From: Candidatus Poribacteria bacterium
GTDB taxonomy: Bacteria; Poribacteria; WGA-4E; PCPOR2b
NCBI GenBank assembly: GCA_965116925.1
Contig: OZ220744.1
Location: 6,208,955 to 6,272,954, forward strand
DNA length: 64,000 nucleotides
Reading direction: 5' to 3'
Below the pieces are notes generated by a model, which did not search any database, had not been told where the DNA came from, and saw only the letters and a program-made list of their open reading frames with translations. A program made the position numbers and the translations under genes. How positions within the stretch are numbered: position 1 is the first letter of the stretch; each line of letters starts with the position of its first letter. Below, one piece after another: positions 27,878-38,255 of this stretch.

Positions 27878-28534
27878 ATGAAGACCAAGATTTTCATATT
27901 AATGGCAATCGCGCTGTTATTGACCGTTGCCGGTGCGTTAGCTACACAGCCTGAAACTGTACAGGGTGAGTATTTGGAAGCCCGATCCGTCAGTGTCTAT
28001 GTCGGGGCATGTCACTACGGTGCTGAATATGTCGAAGGGGGCAGGGAGGCGACCCTCGTTTGGAATATTCGCCAAGGGACCTGGAAGGGTGTTTCGTTAG
28101 ACGGGTTGACCGTTGTTGCAGTGGTGACAGCGCAGAACAACCTTGCGATTGATACCAACACACGCCGCAGCGTCCTGTATATCGACGAGAATGCGACATC
28201 GGAACAACAGTCTGCCTTAACCGATCTGATAACTGCGAAACGCAGTGCAGTTCTCGGCGAAGTTGTTAGCACAGAGAGCACGCCAATTGCCTTCGCTAAG
28301 GAAGGTGTGAAATACGATCTGCGGGTTGGGGAAGTGCTAACGTTATCGGTTTCGCGCTATCCTTGCCAAAACTGCACACAGCCTCACCAGATTTGGTACA
28401 AGCCGCTGGAGCAGCTTGATGCCCCTATCGTCGGTAAATCGACCACCTATTGCTATCAAGACAAAATTCTCTCCGTCACTTGGAATTGTGGCGAAGACAC
28501 CAACAACGTTTTCGTTGGAGATTTTGCAATGTAG
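27878..28534 (+). CDS. DUF1326-like exported protein
   Basis: Signal peptide (MKTKIFIL...ALA); GEYLEAR..VY.GAC, W.I.QG.WKGVSLDGL and LYIDENA motifs. Confidence 0.7.
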   Translation: MKTKIFILMAIALLLTVAGALATQPETVQGEYLEARSVSVYVGACHYGAEYVEGGREATLVWNIRQGTWKGVSLDGLTVVAVVTAQNNLAIDTNTRRSVLYIDENATSEQQSALTDLITAKRSAVLGEVVSTESTPIAFAKEGVKYDLRVGEVLTLSVSRYPCQNCTQPHQIWYKPLEQLDAPIVGKSTTYCYQDKILSVTWNCGEDTNNVFVGDFAM

Positions 28535-28665
28535 ATTATCTGGGTGGAGGGTTGTGTCTTCCCACCTTCCACCCTTCCTTCCCGCCCAACCAACTCCTAT
28601 CCCCGATATGCACTATTTCTTTATCCTTATATAACCGTTGCTTTAACAGATCAGAGGAAATATCA

Positions 28666-29346
28666 ATGCTAGACAATAACGTGTTTTTAGGCGAACTTAC
28701 ACGGAAAGAACTTGGGGAAGCCATCTCCAGCGGCACTATAAAAGGGGCGATTGTCCCAACGGGTGCCACCGAACAGCATCAGGACCATCTGGCGATGATT
28801 CACGATACCGTCAGCGTCACGGAAATCGCCAAACGGGCTGCGACGAACTTTTATCCCCATGTGCTAGTCACACCCACCGTTCCTATGTCGGTGTCGGAAC
28901 ACCACATGGCTCGGGGCGGTGCGTTGACGATACGGCCGGAGATCCATCTTGAGTATGTCCACGATGTGTGTCGCAGCCTGAAGCGGCTGGGTGTTCCAAA
29001 AGTCATGGTGCTCAACGGTCATGGCGGCAACAAGCGCGAGAATCTTGAACCTGTTGCTCCCGATGTCATGAAACGGATTGATGATCTGGGTGTCACGTAT
29101 GTGACCTATTGGGAAACTGCCCCACAGTCCTTTTATGAGGCGAATCTGGAGTTAGAGCGAAGCGCGGGTCACGCCGGGGAGTTTGAGACCTCATTTGCGA
29201 TGGTCGTTTTTCCTGAGCGCATCCGCACAGGCGAGGTCAATTACGACAACGCAAAATTGGCAACCATCCCCAAGGGTGGCGAGATTCTCAACGCCGTTGT
29301 CGCAGGCGTTACTGAACGGGTTCAACAGATGCTTGATGGAGCGTAG
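28666..29346 (+). CDS. Creatininase (creatinine amidohydrolase) family protein
   Basis: GATEQH..HL..D, SEHH, NGHGGN and HAGEFETS motifs; GAGG RBS before ATG 28666. Confidence 0.9.
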   Translation: MLDNNVFLGELTRKELGEAISSGTIKGAIVPTGATEQHQDHLAMIHDTVSVTEIAKRAATNFYPHVLVTPTVPMSVSEHHMARGGALTIRPEIHLEYVHDVCRSLKRLGVPKVMVLNGHGGNKRENLEPVAPDVMKRIDDLGVTYVTYWETAPQSFYEANLELERSAGHAGEFETSFAMVVFPERIRTGEVNYDNAKLATIPKGGEILNAVVAGVTERVQQMLDGA

Positions 29347-29360
29347 GATACGATCAAATC

Positions 29361-29388
29361 GTAGGGAACGCAGATCTGCGTTCCGCAC
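29361..29388. repeat. GTAG-type REP palindrome
   Basis: Two differences from 8044-8071. Confidence 0.75.
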
Positions 29389-29400
29389 AAGGAGGTTATA

Positions 29401-30282
29401 GTGGCTACATATAGTTTAGCTTTGGGGCTTTTCTTTCTGGATGCAGAGGACAAGGCAAGGCATAATCTCGTCGCGGCACTTGAGTCAATCGCTGCCGCAG
29501 GTTTCAGCGAGACTGAGTTGATGGCAGAAGGCGACGAGTGGCAGGAACCGGGGGCACACGACGCGGGACCGTGTCGTGAGGCACTGGAGCGATTTAAGAT
29601 TTTTCCGCACACGATACACACACCCATGTCGGGCGTGAACTTGGCAAGTTCAATCGAGGAGATTCGGCGTGATAGTGTCACGCGTATTGGGGATGCGATG
29701 CGATATCTCGGAGAGCTTGGTGGACGGACTGCAATCGTCCACCCAACGGGTGCTACCACCTCTGAAGAACCACCTTATGCGCTAGAAAACGTCGGTGCAG
29801 CAGCGGAGCGTATCCACCGTTCTGTCAGTGAACTGGTTGCGGTTGCAGAGGCAACTGGGGTTCGTATTGCGTTAGAGAATCTCCCGAATACAAGCATACC
29901 GTGCCGTCCGCTGAAGTCTATGGAGGAGTTACGCGCATTCATCGCTGGCTTTCCGCCTGAACATGTCGGACTCTGTCTAGACACAGGTCACGCTTGTATC
30001 AGTGGGCTTGATGCGGCGGAGCAGGCGCGGGTCGCATCGGAAAGGCTTTGCGCGCTGCATATACAGGATGTGGATGGCAAAGACGACTGCCACTGGGTTC
30101 CGGGACACGGCATCATTGACTGGTCAGCCCTAGGAACGGCACTTGCAGATATCAGCTTCGATGGTGCATGGACGATAGAGGCACTAGCAGGACGCACGGA
30201 CGCAACCGCAGAACAGGTGGCTGCCGAATGCACGGCGTTGTCCAAAGATTGGGAAGCAGGGGGGATGTCGAATCCAGGGTAG
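29401..30282 (+). CDS. Sugar phosphate isomerase/epimerase (xylose-isomerase-like TIM barrel)
   Basis: ALENL, CLDTGH, LHIQD..G.DD.H..PG.G.IDW and TIE motifs. Confidence 0.88.
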   Translation: MATYSLALGLFFLDAEDKARHNLVAALESIAAAGFSETELMAEGDEWQEPGAHDAGPCREALERFKIFPHTIHTPMSGVNLASSIEEIRRDSVTRIGDAMRYLGELGGRTAIVHPTGATTSEEPPYALENVGAAAERIHRSVSELVAVAEATGVRIALENLPNTSIPCRPLKSMEELRAFIAGFPPEHVGLCLDTGHACISGLDAAEQARVASERLCALHIQDVDGKDDCHWVPGHGIIDWSALGTALADISFDGAWTIEALAGRTDATAEQVAAECTALSKDWEAGGMSNPG

Positions 30283-30443
30283 GGGTAACTTCTGTTGTAA
30301 GGTAACATTTATGTTAAATTCATCCACGAATCTACGCGAATTAGGGCGAATTTATTGGCGTGATTCGTGGATGGGTTTTTGCTCATCCCGCCTGTGGAAA
30401 AGATTCATTCCTTTTTATCAGGAACCAAAGACGATAGTAGGCT

Positions 30444-30872
30444 ATGAGAGCTTATATCTCTATTAAATATCGTGAAGACAATAGTAATAGAAATTGTATT
30501 GAGAAAATTGCATCGGCACTTGAGCAAAACGGCTTTGAAACAGTATGTATCACTCGGGATATTGAGAAATGGGGACAGATTGAATTAAGTCCCGAAGAAT
30601 TGATGCAAAGGACATTTTCGGAAATTGATTTAAGTCATCTAATCGTGATTGATTTAACAGAAAAAGGGGTGGGATTGGGTATCGAAGCGGGTTACGCATA
30701 CGCTAAGGGAATCCCTATTGCAGTAATCGCGAAGAAGGGCTCCGATATTTCCGCAACATTACAGGGCATTTCGCAGCAACTGTTTTTGTATGATGAAGTC
30801 GATGATCTTACACACTTTTTCAAAGATACAATCTTGTTCGGCAATCAAATGAAGGATTCGGACCTACATTGA
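30444..30872 (+). CDS. Nucleoside 2-deoxyribosyltransferase-like protein
   Basis: YIS, D..GVGLGIEAGYAYAKG motif; AT-rich relative to neighbours. Confidence 0.7.
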   Translation: MRAYISIKYREDNSNRNCIEKIASALEQNGFETVCITRDIEKWGQIELSPEELMQRTFSEIDLSHLIVIDLTEKGVGLGIEAGYAYAKGIPIAVIAKKGSDISATLQGISQQLFLYDEVDDLTHFFKDTILFGNQMKDSDLH

Positions 30873-30935
30873 GGTTGTCGAAGGACTGACAGAGGCGTTC
30901 AAAAACGCAATTTTACCCGATACTGTGGAGCATAT

Positions 30936-32843
30936 ATGATTACGATCACGGCGACGACACCGCTCACCGGACCGCCAGCATGGGCGGTGTTAGAGCGGCA
31001 GCTGTTTGATCTCATGAGCCAATCGGTGTATCCATTCTTGGAAAAATACACCCATCCTGATGGAAGCCTGATCTGGGAAGGAAATATCGGCGGCAGCGAA
31101 GACGATTTCTACGAAAGCTTTTATAATTGGCCCCTGCTTTATCTTTTGGGCGGTGGGGATCATCTTTTGGAGTTGGGGGTGCGGCAGTGGAACGCTGTCA
31201 CCCGCCAGTTGACCCAAGCGGGACAGGTTCACAAGGAATACGCTCGACGGGATGATCAATTCCATCAAGCCGAGAGCGACATCTATTTCTATCTGCTCTG
31301 TACCGCTGATCCAAATCGCCCGGAACACCTTGAACGGGCACGACGGTTTGCCGGGCTATACATGAACGAGGATCCTGAAGCCCTCAACTACGATCCTGTG
31401 CATAAAATCATCCGCTCCCCTTACAACGGCAGCGACGGTCCGGATATGTCGATGGCTGAAGGACGTTCCTATAACTATTCCCCCGGAATGGCGCGATACG
31501 GCTTACCCCACTACGACATTCCCGGCATTACCCAAATTGAAGACCTGAAAGATCCAACCCTTGCACGGCGCATGGGCGAAGCGATGAATCAACGCATGAG
31601 TCGCGGGGATGTGGTCGCTAACCTCGCAGTCACTAGTTTGGTGACCAATGCTTATCTCATGACCGGCGAAGAAAAATATCGCGCTTGGGTGCTAGAGTAC
31701 ACGGACGCTTGGATAGAACGCGCCCAACAGAACGATGGACTGCTTCCAGACAATGTTGGGTTGTCTGGTCAGGTCGGTGAATATATTGAGGGAAATTGGT
31801 ATGGTGGGCTTTACGGCTGGACCTGGCCCCACGGATTTTACAATGTCCAGATGGCAGCGTTGGTTGCGGCATCTAACGCCTACCTCCTAACCCAAGACGC
31901 TAGCTACTTGGATCTGCCGCGTATTCAGATGGATCGTATTGTGGAGCGCGGCGAAATTCGTGATGTTCGTGAAGAGTACATGAGCCTCGGTGAACACTGG
32001 ATTGGTCAATTTTCAGCGTTGGGGGAACAGCACGAGACCTGCCTCGTTCCGTACCGCTACGGGGATGCAGGTTGGTTCGACTATCAGCCGATGTCGCCAA
32101 TCTACCCGGTGTCGCTCTGGAATCTTTCTATGGAATCAGAAGATTGGGAACGGATTGAGGCAATCCGCCAAGCCAGTGGATACGACTGGAATAAAGTGTT
32201 TTCCTTCCACACCAAAGAAGATGCGGGACATGAACAACCTTGGATCCGCTTTCTAGCGGGTGATAACCCGACCTATCCCGAAGAAATTTTACGCGCCAGT
32301 TACCGTCAGGTCTGCCGCCGATTGGATCTTGTTCGCGGAGATGAAGAGGCGACCACCCATCAAGACCCTCACCGCTGGCAGCAGACCAACCCGGTGACAA
32401 CCGAGGCGTTGATTCAACTGACGTTGGGTGCACCACAGCTGATTTACAACGGAGGTCTCCTGATGTCTCGCCTCCGTTACTTTGACTTCAACCGGAAACG
32501 CCCCGGTCTGCCCGAAGATACCGCCGCCCTCGTCGAAACGCTTGAAGCGAATCGGACGGTGGTGCGGTTGGTCAACCTCAGTCCCTTTGAGACAAGAGAT
32601 ATGGTAGTCCAAGGAGGGGCATTTGGCGAACACCAATTTACGGAGGTTCGGTATACCCATCGCACAAGTGAATATCCGGGAGCAACTGTAGACTATGCTG
32701 CACCGCCTGTAACCGAAAACACCCGGACCGCGTCCATAGGGGCGAGTCGCTTCCGGGTTGTTCTGCCCCCTGCGACCGAAATCAGGCTTGACTTGGGAAC
32801 CGCGTGTTTCGTTAATCAACCCTCCGCTGCCCTTCCTTGGTAG
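30936..32843 (+). CDS. Conserved hypothetical protein, 635 aa
   Basis: Long ORF with plausible codon usage and GGAG RBS; Trp/Tyr/Asp-rich; no family confidently recognised. Confidence 0.7.
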   Translation: MITITATTPLTGPPAWAVLERQLFDLMSQSVYPFLEKYTHPDGSLIWEGNIGGSEDDFYESFYNWPLLYLLGGGDHLLELGVRQWNAVTRQLTQAGQVHKEYARRDDQFHQAESDIYFYLLCTADPNRPEHLERARRFAGLYMNEDPEALNYDPVHKIIRSPYNGSDGPDMSMAEGRSYNYSPGMARYGLPHYDIPGITQIEDLKDPTLARRMGEAMNQRMSRGDVVANLAVTSLVTNAYLMTGEEKYRAWVLEYTDAWIERAQQNDGLLPDNVGLSGQVGEYIEGNWYGGLYGWTWPHGFYNVQMAALVAASNAYLLTQDASYLDLPRIQMDRIVERGEIRDVREEYMSLGEHWIGQFSALGEQHETCLVPYRYGDAGWFDYQPMSPIYPVSLWNLSMESEDWERIEAIRQASGYDWNKVFSFHTKEDAGHEQPWIRFLAGDNPTYPEEILRASYRQVCRRLDLVRGDEEATTHQDPHRWQQTNPVTTEALIQLTLGAPQLIYNGGLLMSRLRYFDFNRKRPGLPEDTAALVETLEANRTVVRLVNLSPFETRDMVVQGGAFGEHQFTEVRYTHRTSEYPGATVDYAAPPVTENTRTASIGASRFRVVLPPATEIRLDLGTACFVNQPSAALPW

Positions 32844-32929
32844 GCTAGGAAATACCGCATAGGCGGAAGTTTTGTAGATACGACTATCACGCTGTCCAGT
32901 ATAAACTATAAATATGGAGATGTATCGCT

Positions 32930-33799
32930 ATGCTAACACCATCGCAAATCGACGAGTTTCATCGCGACGGCTTCCTCAACGGTGGTCGCATTCTCACCGA
33001 TGAAGAGTTGGAGGCACTGAGGACGGATTTAGACGGTATCTTAGAAAGAGGCCCCGACAGCTTTTCCAGTGAAGAACCGCAACCGGTGTCGTTCCGCAAC
33101 ATGTCTCGGCGAGGAGATGAATCCACCGAACTCGCTGTTTGGCAGATTGTCAATATCTGGGAGGCGTCCTCAGCCTTTGAGAAGCTAATCTACCACCCCT
33201 CCATCGTTAAGGGGATAAGTCAGTTGACGGATGCCCCCAATCTGATGGTCTGGCACGACCAGATTCAGTACAAGCCACCCAACTACGGTGGAGCAACCCG
33301 ATGGCACCAAGATGCTCCGCTATGGCCCATCATCCTTCCGATGACCCCTGTATCGGCGTGGATCGCTTTGGACGATGCCGATGAGGAGAATGGCTGTATG
33401 TGGATGGTGCCCGGAAGCTACAAATGGGGCGATCAGATGGAGTTCCTTCGCACCCAACATCACCTTGAACAACGCGAAGAATTTATGAACATTGAAGGGT
33501 TTTCTCCACCCGCTGATTCGGAAGTCAAAGCTGTAGCACCGCAGCCCCGACCAGTCAAAAGTGGTGAGGTGTCATTCCATCATTCGCTGACGTGGCACGG
33601 CTCACCTTTCAACCGGTCTGACCGACCACGGCGAGCTATCGCCATTCACTACATGACCGGGGAATCACGTTTTGTGGCAAACGGTCAACATTTAATGAAG
33701 CAGTTTGTAACGTTGGAAGATGGTGAACCGATGGCTGAAGCCGGCGAACATTTCCCTGCTGTCTGCCGAGATGGTGAACCCCTTGGTGCCCCCGCATAG
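32930..33799 (+). CDS. PhyH-family Fe(II)/2OG oxygenase
   Basis: WHQD...WHGS..N.S...RRA. Confidence 0.92.
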   Translation: MLTPSQIDEFHRDGFLNGGRILTDEELEALRTDLDGILERGPDSFSSEEPQPVSFRNMSRRGDESTELAVWQIVNIWEASSAFEKLIYHPSIVKGISQLTDAPNLMVWHDQIQYKPPNYGGATRWHQDAPLWPIILPMTPVSAWIALDDADEENGCMWMVPGSYKWGDQMEFLRTQHHLEQREEFMNIEGFSPPADSEVKAVAPQPRPVKSGEVSFHHSLTWHGSPFNRSDRPRRAIAIHYMTGESRFVANGQHLMKQFVTLEDGEPMAEAGEHFPAVCRDGEPLGAPA

Positions 33800-33847
33800 T
33801 TGGGAGCGTTGTTGGGAACCGGTTAAAGATATAACGGAAAAACAGCT

Positions 33848-35350
33848 ATGAAAAGTAGGTCGCGTATTGCACTCGGATCGATTCTCACCGAGTGCAACGA
33901 ATTTGGCGGAGTGCCCATTGATATAGGGTGGTTTGAACGTTATGAGCTATGTCGAGATGAGGAAGTCTTGCGGGTTGACGCCGGCGTAGTAGGTGGGATG
34001 CTGCAGGTGATGCGCGAATGCGGAGCGGAGGTCGTTCCCCTGATTTATGCGAGCACCTGCCCCGGAGGTCCCCTGACCGCCGAGTGTTATAATCAACTCA
34101 AGACAGAACTCCTAGATCGCTTACGCGCTGCCACTCCTGTTGATGGGGTGCTGTTGCCGCTACACGGTGCTGCGACGGTCGAAAACATCGGTGATCCAGA
34201 GGGCGATCTCATCAAAGCGGCACGTGCAATCGTCGGGGAGGCGATACCGATTGTCGTCACGCTCGACCTACACGCGCATGTCACAGCCGACATGGTTCGT
34301 TTCGCCGATGGGCTAATTGCGTGGGAGACCTATCCTCACCGCGATGCCTTTACCACCGGTGAGCGTGGTGCTCGGCTGCTCTGGAATATGCTACAGGGAC
34401 GCTGCCGTCCAACTATGGCGATGGCAAAAGTGCCGGTGATTACTAGCGCGATTCATGGTTCAACCGAAGACAACGATCCTTTTGCCAAAATTATGCGCGC
34501 TGCTAAGGCACTTGAAGGGCGTGATGATGTCCTATCCACTAGTGTTTTCTTGGTTCATCCCTACTTGGATCAGCCGGACATGGGCAGCGGTGCATTGGTA
34601 ATCACAGATAACGATATGGAGATGGCAGTATCGCTTGCAAATCAGCTTGCGGAACAGTATTGGACGCGACGGTTTGACCTTGAACCCAACATCCACACTC
34701 CAAGCGAAGCCATTGCCAAGGGATTAGAGGTAGAGGGCGGTCCGGTGCTCTTGATTGAAGCAGCGGATTGTTGTGGTGGCGGTGCAGCGGGCGATAGTGT
34801 TGCCACATTAACGGCACTACTTGATGCAAAGGTAACTGTACCTTCACTCGTGCCTGTAGCGGATCCAGAAGCTGCGGCTGCCTGCCATCGTGCCGGTCTC
34901 GGTCAGGAGGTCACCGTTGCCTTGGGACATAGACTCGATCCACGCTGGGGGAAACCGTTGACTGTGACGGGCACAGTTAACCGTCTGAGTGATGGTCGTT
35001 TCCGCTATATCGGTGGGATTTGGGACGATGTTGAGGGTAACATGGGTCCATCGGCGGTGTTGACCATCGGTGCAATTCAGGTGCTCATTGCTACACACGG
35101 GACCTATGACTGGGCGGATGAGCAGTTTCGTTCTATGGGGATGCAGCCACCCGATACCAAGTTCATTGTTGTCAAAAACCCGATGAACTACCGCCTTGCT
35201 TACGGTGAAATTGCCAAGGCAGCTTTTATCCTTGACACACCCGGGGCAACACCGGCGACATGCCGACATCTTCCCTACAGACATCTCAAGCGACCCTATT
35301 TTCCGCTCGACACGGAGATCCCTAGACTTACACCAACCATCCTTCAATAG
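33848..35350 (+). CDS. M81 family metallopeptidase (MlrC-like)
   Basis: LPLHGA, DPEGD, LDLHAH, YPHRD and D..GGG..GD motifs. Confidence 0.9.
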   Translation: MKSRSRIALGSILTECNEFGGVPIDIGWFERYELCRDEEVLRVDAGVVGGMLQVMRECGAEVVPLIYASTCPGGPLTAECYNQLKTELLDRLRAATPVDGVLLPLHGAATVENIGDPEGDLIKAARAIVGEAIPIVVTLDLHAHVTADMVRFADGLIAWETYPHRDAFTTGERGARLLWNMLQGRCRPTMAMAKVPVITSAIHGSTEDNDPFAKIMRAAKALEGRDDVLSTSVFLVHPYLDQPDMGSGALVITDNDMEMAVSLANQLAEQYWTRRFDLEPNIHTPSEAIAKGLEVEGGPVLLIEAADCCGGGAAGDSVATLTALLDAKVTVPSLVPVADPEAAAACHRAGLGQEVTVALGHRLDPRWGKPLTVTGTVNRLSDGRFRYIGGIWDDVEGNMGPSAVLTIGAIQVLIATHGTYDWADEQFRSMGMQPPDTKFIVVKNPMNYRLAYGEIAKAAFILDTPGATPATCRHLPYRHLKRPYFPLDTEIPRLTPTILQ

Positions 35351-35375
35351 ACAACACACCACACAGGAGAACGAT

Positions 35376-36578
35376 ATGAATGACAGACGTTATCGAGCAG
35401 CTCTCATCGGTTTAGGGCGTATTGCCGATACTATTGACGATGAAGTGATAGGCGATGGCTGGCTCGTGCCATTCAGCCACATGGGCAGCTATATGGACGT
35501 GCCAGAGGTGCAGGTGGTCGGTGCCGCCGATCTATACGCCGAACAGCGAGAGGCATTTGGTGAACGGTGGACCATTCCAGACGCGCATCTTTATGAGAAC
35601 TACGAGGAGATGCTTGAGCGCGAGAAGCCCGACATCGTGAGCATTTGCACGTCCGCCGCGCCACGCGCAAAAATTACGATGGACATCGTGCGTCTAGTAC
35701 GTGAAGGGCGGACGGGTGTGAAGTGCATTTGGGTGGAAAAGCCGATGGCGACTTCTCTGGAGGAAGCCGATGCGATGGTCGAGGGCTGCCGCGAGGCGGG
35801 TATCATCCTCATGATGAACGCGATGCGCGCCTCCGATGTATACTACCGCAGGGCACGGGCACTCATCGACGAAGGTGTGCTGGGCAAGATGCTGCAAATA
35901 ACAGCGCACGGTTCAGGCAATCTGTCGCACATGGGTGTCCACTGGCTGGGGGCGATGTGCGTTCTGGCAGGCGAGAATGAACGTGTCTCTTGGGTTGTAG
36001 GAGAGGTGGAGAGCGACGAAAAAGCCGCAGCCGATGCAGACCTTGCCGGTAACGCCTATATGGCATTTGAAAACGGTGCCCGCGGATTCTGCCGTATGCT
36101 GCCGAGTGCCGCATCAACATGGACGCTCGACGCAATCGGTGAGCACGGCACGATTCATCTCCGCAACGCCAACGATGGCTATGAGTTCGAGTTGTGGAAA
36201 ATGGGAAAGGTCACTGACGACGCGCCAGCCACGCCGGTGCGGCATATCTTCCCGCGTCCCCAACGGATCTGGAGCGCGGGTGTGGGACAGGTCAAGGATG
36301 CCATCAACTGTATTGAAACGGGCAAAACACCCAACTGTTCTGGCGATATGGGACGGCATCTGTTGGAACTTGCCATCGCCATCCGTGAATCGCACCGCCG
36401 GGGCAATGTGCGTGTAGACCTTCCGCTCCCCGATCGTAGTCTATATATCCGTTCAGCAGAAACGCTGCGCGGGGAGATGCCGCGAGCACTCGTCAATCCC
36501 ATGCGTCGTCGACCAGCGCATCTCATTTCTGATATAGCGAGGCGTGAAGGTATAGGGAAGCGTCGACCTGTTTCGTAG
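35376..36578 (+). CDS. Gfo/Idh/MocA family oxidoreductase
   Basis: IGLGRI, VEKPMA; AGGAG RBS before ATG 35376. Confidence 0.88.
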   Translation: MNDRRYRAALIGLGRIADTIDDEVIGDGWLVPFSHMGSYMDVPEVQVVGAADLYAEQREAFGERWTIPDAHLYENYEEMLEREKPDIVSICTSAAPRAKITMDIVRLVREGRTGVKCIWVEKPMATSLEEADAMVEGCREAGIILMMNAMRASDVYYRRARALIDEGVLGKMLQITAHGSGNLSHMGVHWLGAMCVLAGENERVSWVVGEVESDEKAAADADLAGNAYMAFENGARGFCRMLPSAASTWTLDAIGEHGTIHLRNANDGYEFELWKMGKVTDDAPATPVRHIFPRPQRIWSAGVGQVKDAINCIETGKTPNCSGDMGRHLLELAIAIRESHRRGNVRVDLPLPDRSLYIRSAETLRGEMPRALVNPMRRRPAHLISDIARREGIGKRRPVS

Positions 36579-36633
36579 TATTGGCAGATCCCCGATAGAA
36601 TCGGGTTCAAAGCAACTTGTGCCTACCCAAAGT

Positions 36634-36658
36634 GGGCAACCACAAGGGTTGCCCCTAC
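36634..36658 (-). repeat. GTAG-type REP
   Basis: GGGCAACCACAAGGGTTGCCCCTAC, with compensatory stem changes relative to 23380. Confidence 0.8.
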
Positions 36659-36670
36659 AGGAGAAATTAA

Positions 36671-38146
36671 ATGTCCGAACCCCAAACGGCGAAGCAGCCG
36701 AATCTTTTATTTATCATGCCCGATCAGCTGCGGGCGGATTTCCTGAGCTGCTACGGTGCCACTTTCATTGATACGCCGCATATTGACAGCATTGCAGAGG
36801 AGGGTGTGCGTTATGAGCGTGCCTATTCTGCCTCGCCGATATGTGTGCCGGCTAGAGCGTCGCTCCTAACAGGGCTCAACGCAATCAAAAACGGTGTGAC
36901 CGATAACGGTCAATGGTTAAACCCTGATCTCGCTGCGTCCGGCATAGAAACCTGGCCCCAAACCCTTTCCAAGCAGGGTTATTATACCGCTGCTATCGGC
37001 AAGATGCACTTCTATCCGTGGGACATCAATCTGGGATTTCAGTACCGAGTCGCCGCCGAAGACAAACGGTGGTTAGAGATCCGCGATGACTACTATCACT
37101 TCTTGAAGGAAGGTGGCTACCGAAAGCTCCACGGAAACGAGCACCCCGGCTATCACGAAAACAAGGGCGCGATCATCAACAAAATTCCTTGGGGCTATTC
37201 GGTCGATCGCTTCGTGGGACAGGAGGCGTGTCGTTTTATCCGCAACTACGGTGATGAGAGCCCCTTTGCGATGATGGTCGGTTTTCCGGGACCTCACTGC
37301 CCTTACGACCCCAATGCTGAATTTTTAGAGGGCTTCGATCCAGCCGACATGCCCGATTCCATTCCGGCGGTAGAGGGGGATACCCCAAGACTTCGTCGGC
37401 AAAATATCGAGGGCAACCGTGGACCATGGAACGGTGTTGATTACACCGAATTTACGGAGGTGCACAAGAAGAAGATTCGAGCACACTATGCGGGGTTGGT
37501 CAAACAGATCGACTACGAGATAGGACAGATCCTTGATTCTCTGCGCGAAAAAGAGCTGTTGGACAACACGATTATCATTTTCTCCAGCGATCACGGCGAT
37601 TATCTCGGCGACCACGATTTCATCGGCAAGGGCACGTTCTTTGAATCCAGCATCCATGTGCCGCTGATGGTTCGCCTGCCGTGGGCCAGCGAATCGAAGA
37701 CGTGCACAGATATAGTCGAATTGGGCGATGTGACCGCAACGATGCTACATTTCGGTGGGTGCGAAATCCCTGACTACATGGACTCTATACCGTTGCCCGA
37801 ACTCGACATCCCACGCAAAAACCGGAGGGAGCGCGTCGTCGGGATGGTCAGGGGTGGCTGGATGATTTATGATGGTCAGTGGAAGCTATGTAAATACGGG
37901 AGTGGTGAGGTGTTGCTGTTTAATCTGTCGGAAGATCCGAATGAACAACATAACCTGATGAAAGACAACCGTTATCAGGAAGAGTATACCAGATTGGATG
38001 CCGAACTGACGCGAGAGATTATGAATTCAATGGCTCTTTCTCATGAGAGTAAACGGGTATATTCTAAGGATCTTGCCGGTAATCCAGTGTTCGGTAAGGA
38101 AGATTGGCAGCGCCCCTATCCGAGAAATATCAACGATGTTGACTAA
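36671..38146 (+). CDS. Sulfatase (Cys-type, formylglycine-dependent)
   Basis: PDQLR, CVPARASLLTG, GKMH and SDHGD..G.H...GK motifs. Confidence 0.92.
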   Translation: MSEPQTAKQPNLLFIMPDQLRADFLSCYGATFIDTPHIDSIAEEGVRYERAYSASPICVPARASLLTGLNAIKNGVTDNGQWLNPDLAASGIETWPQTLSKQGYYTAAIGKMHFYPWDINLGFQYRVAAEDKRWLEIRDDYYHFLKEGGYRKLHGNEHPGYHENKGAIINKIPWGYSVDRFVGQEACRFIRNYGDESPFAMMVGFPGPHCPYDPNAEFLEGFDPADMPDSIPAVEGDTPRLRRQNIEGNRGPWNGVDYTEFTEVHKKKIRAHYAGLVKQIDYEIGQILDSLREKELLDNTIIIFSSDHGDYLGDHDFIGKGTFFESSIHVPLMVRLPWASESKTCTDIVELGDVTATMLHFGGCEIPDYMDSIPLPELDIPRKNRRERVVGMVRGGWMIYDGQWKLCKYGSGEVLLFNLSEDPNEQHNLMKDNRYQEEYTRLDAELTREIMNSMALSHESKRVYSKDLAGNPVFGKEDWQRPYPRNINDVD

Positions 38147-38169
38147 GCAGTTTGGCTAGGGAAGGATGG

Positions 38170-38202
38170 AGAAACCGAGTTTTTGACAAAAACTCGGTTT
38201 CT
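38170..38202. repeat. Palindrome, possible bidirectional terminator
   Basis: AGAAACCGAGTTTTTGACAAAAACTCGGTTTCT. Confidence 0.7.
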
Positions 38203-38255
38203 GGTGCCTTATCAATTTTGAAAATTTAATCTACGCATACATAAGGAGATTTTCT

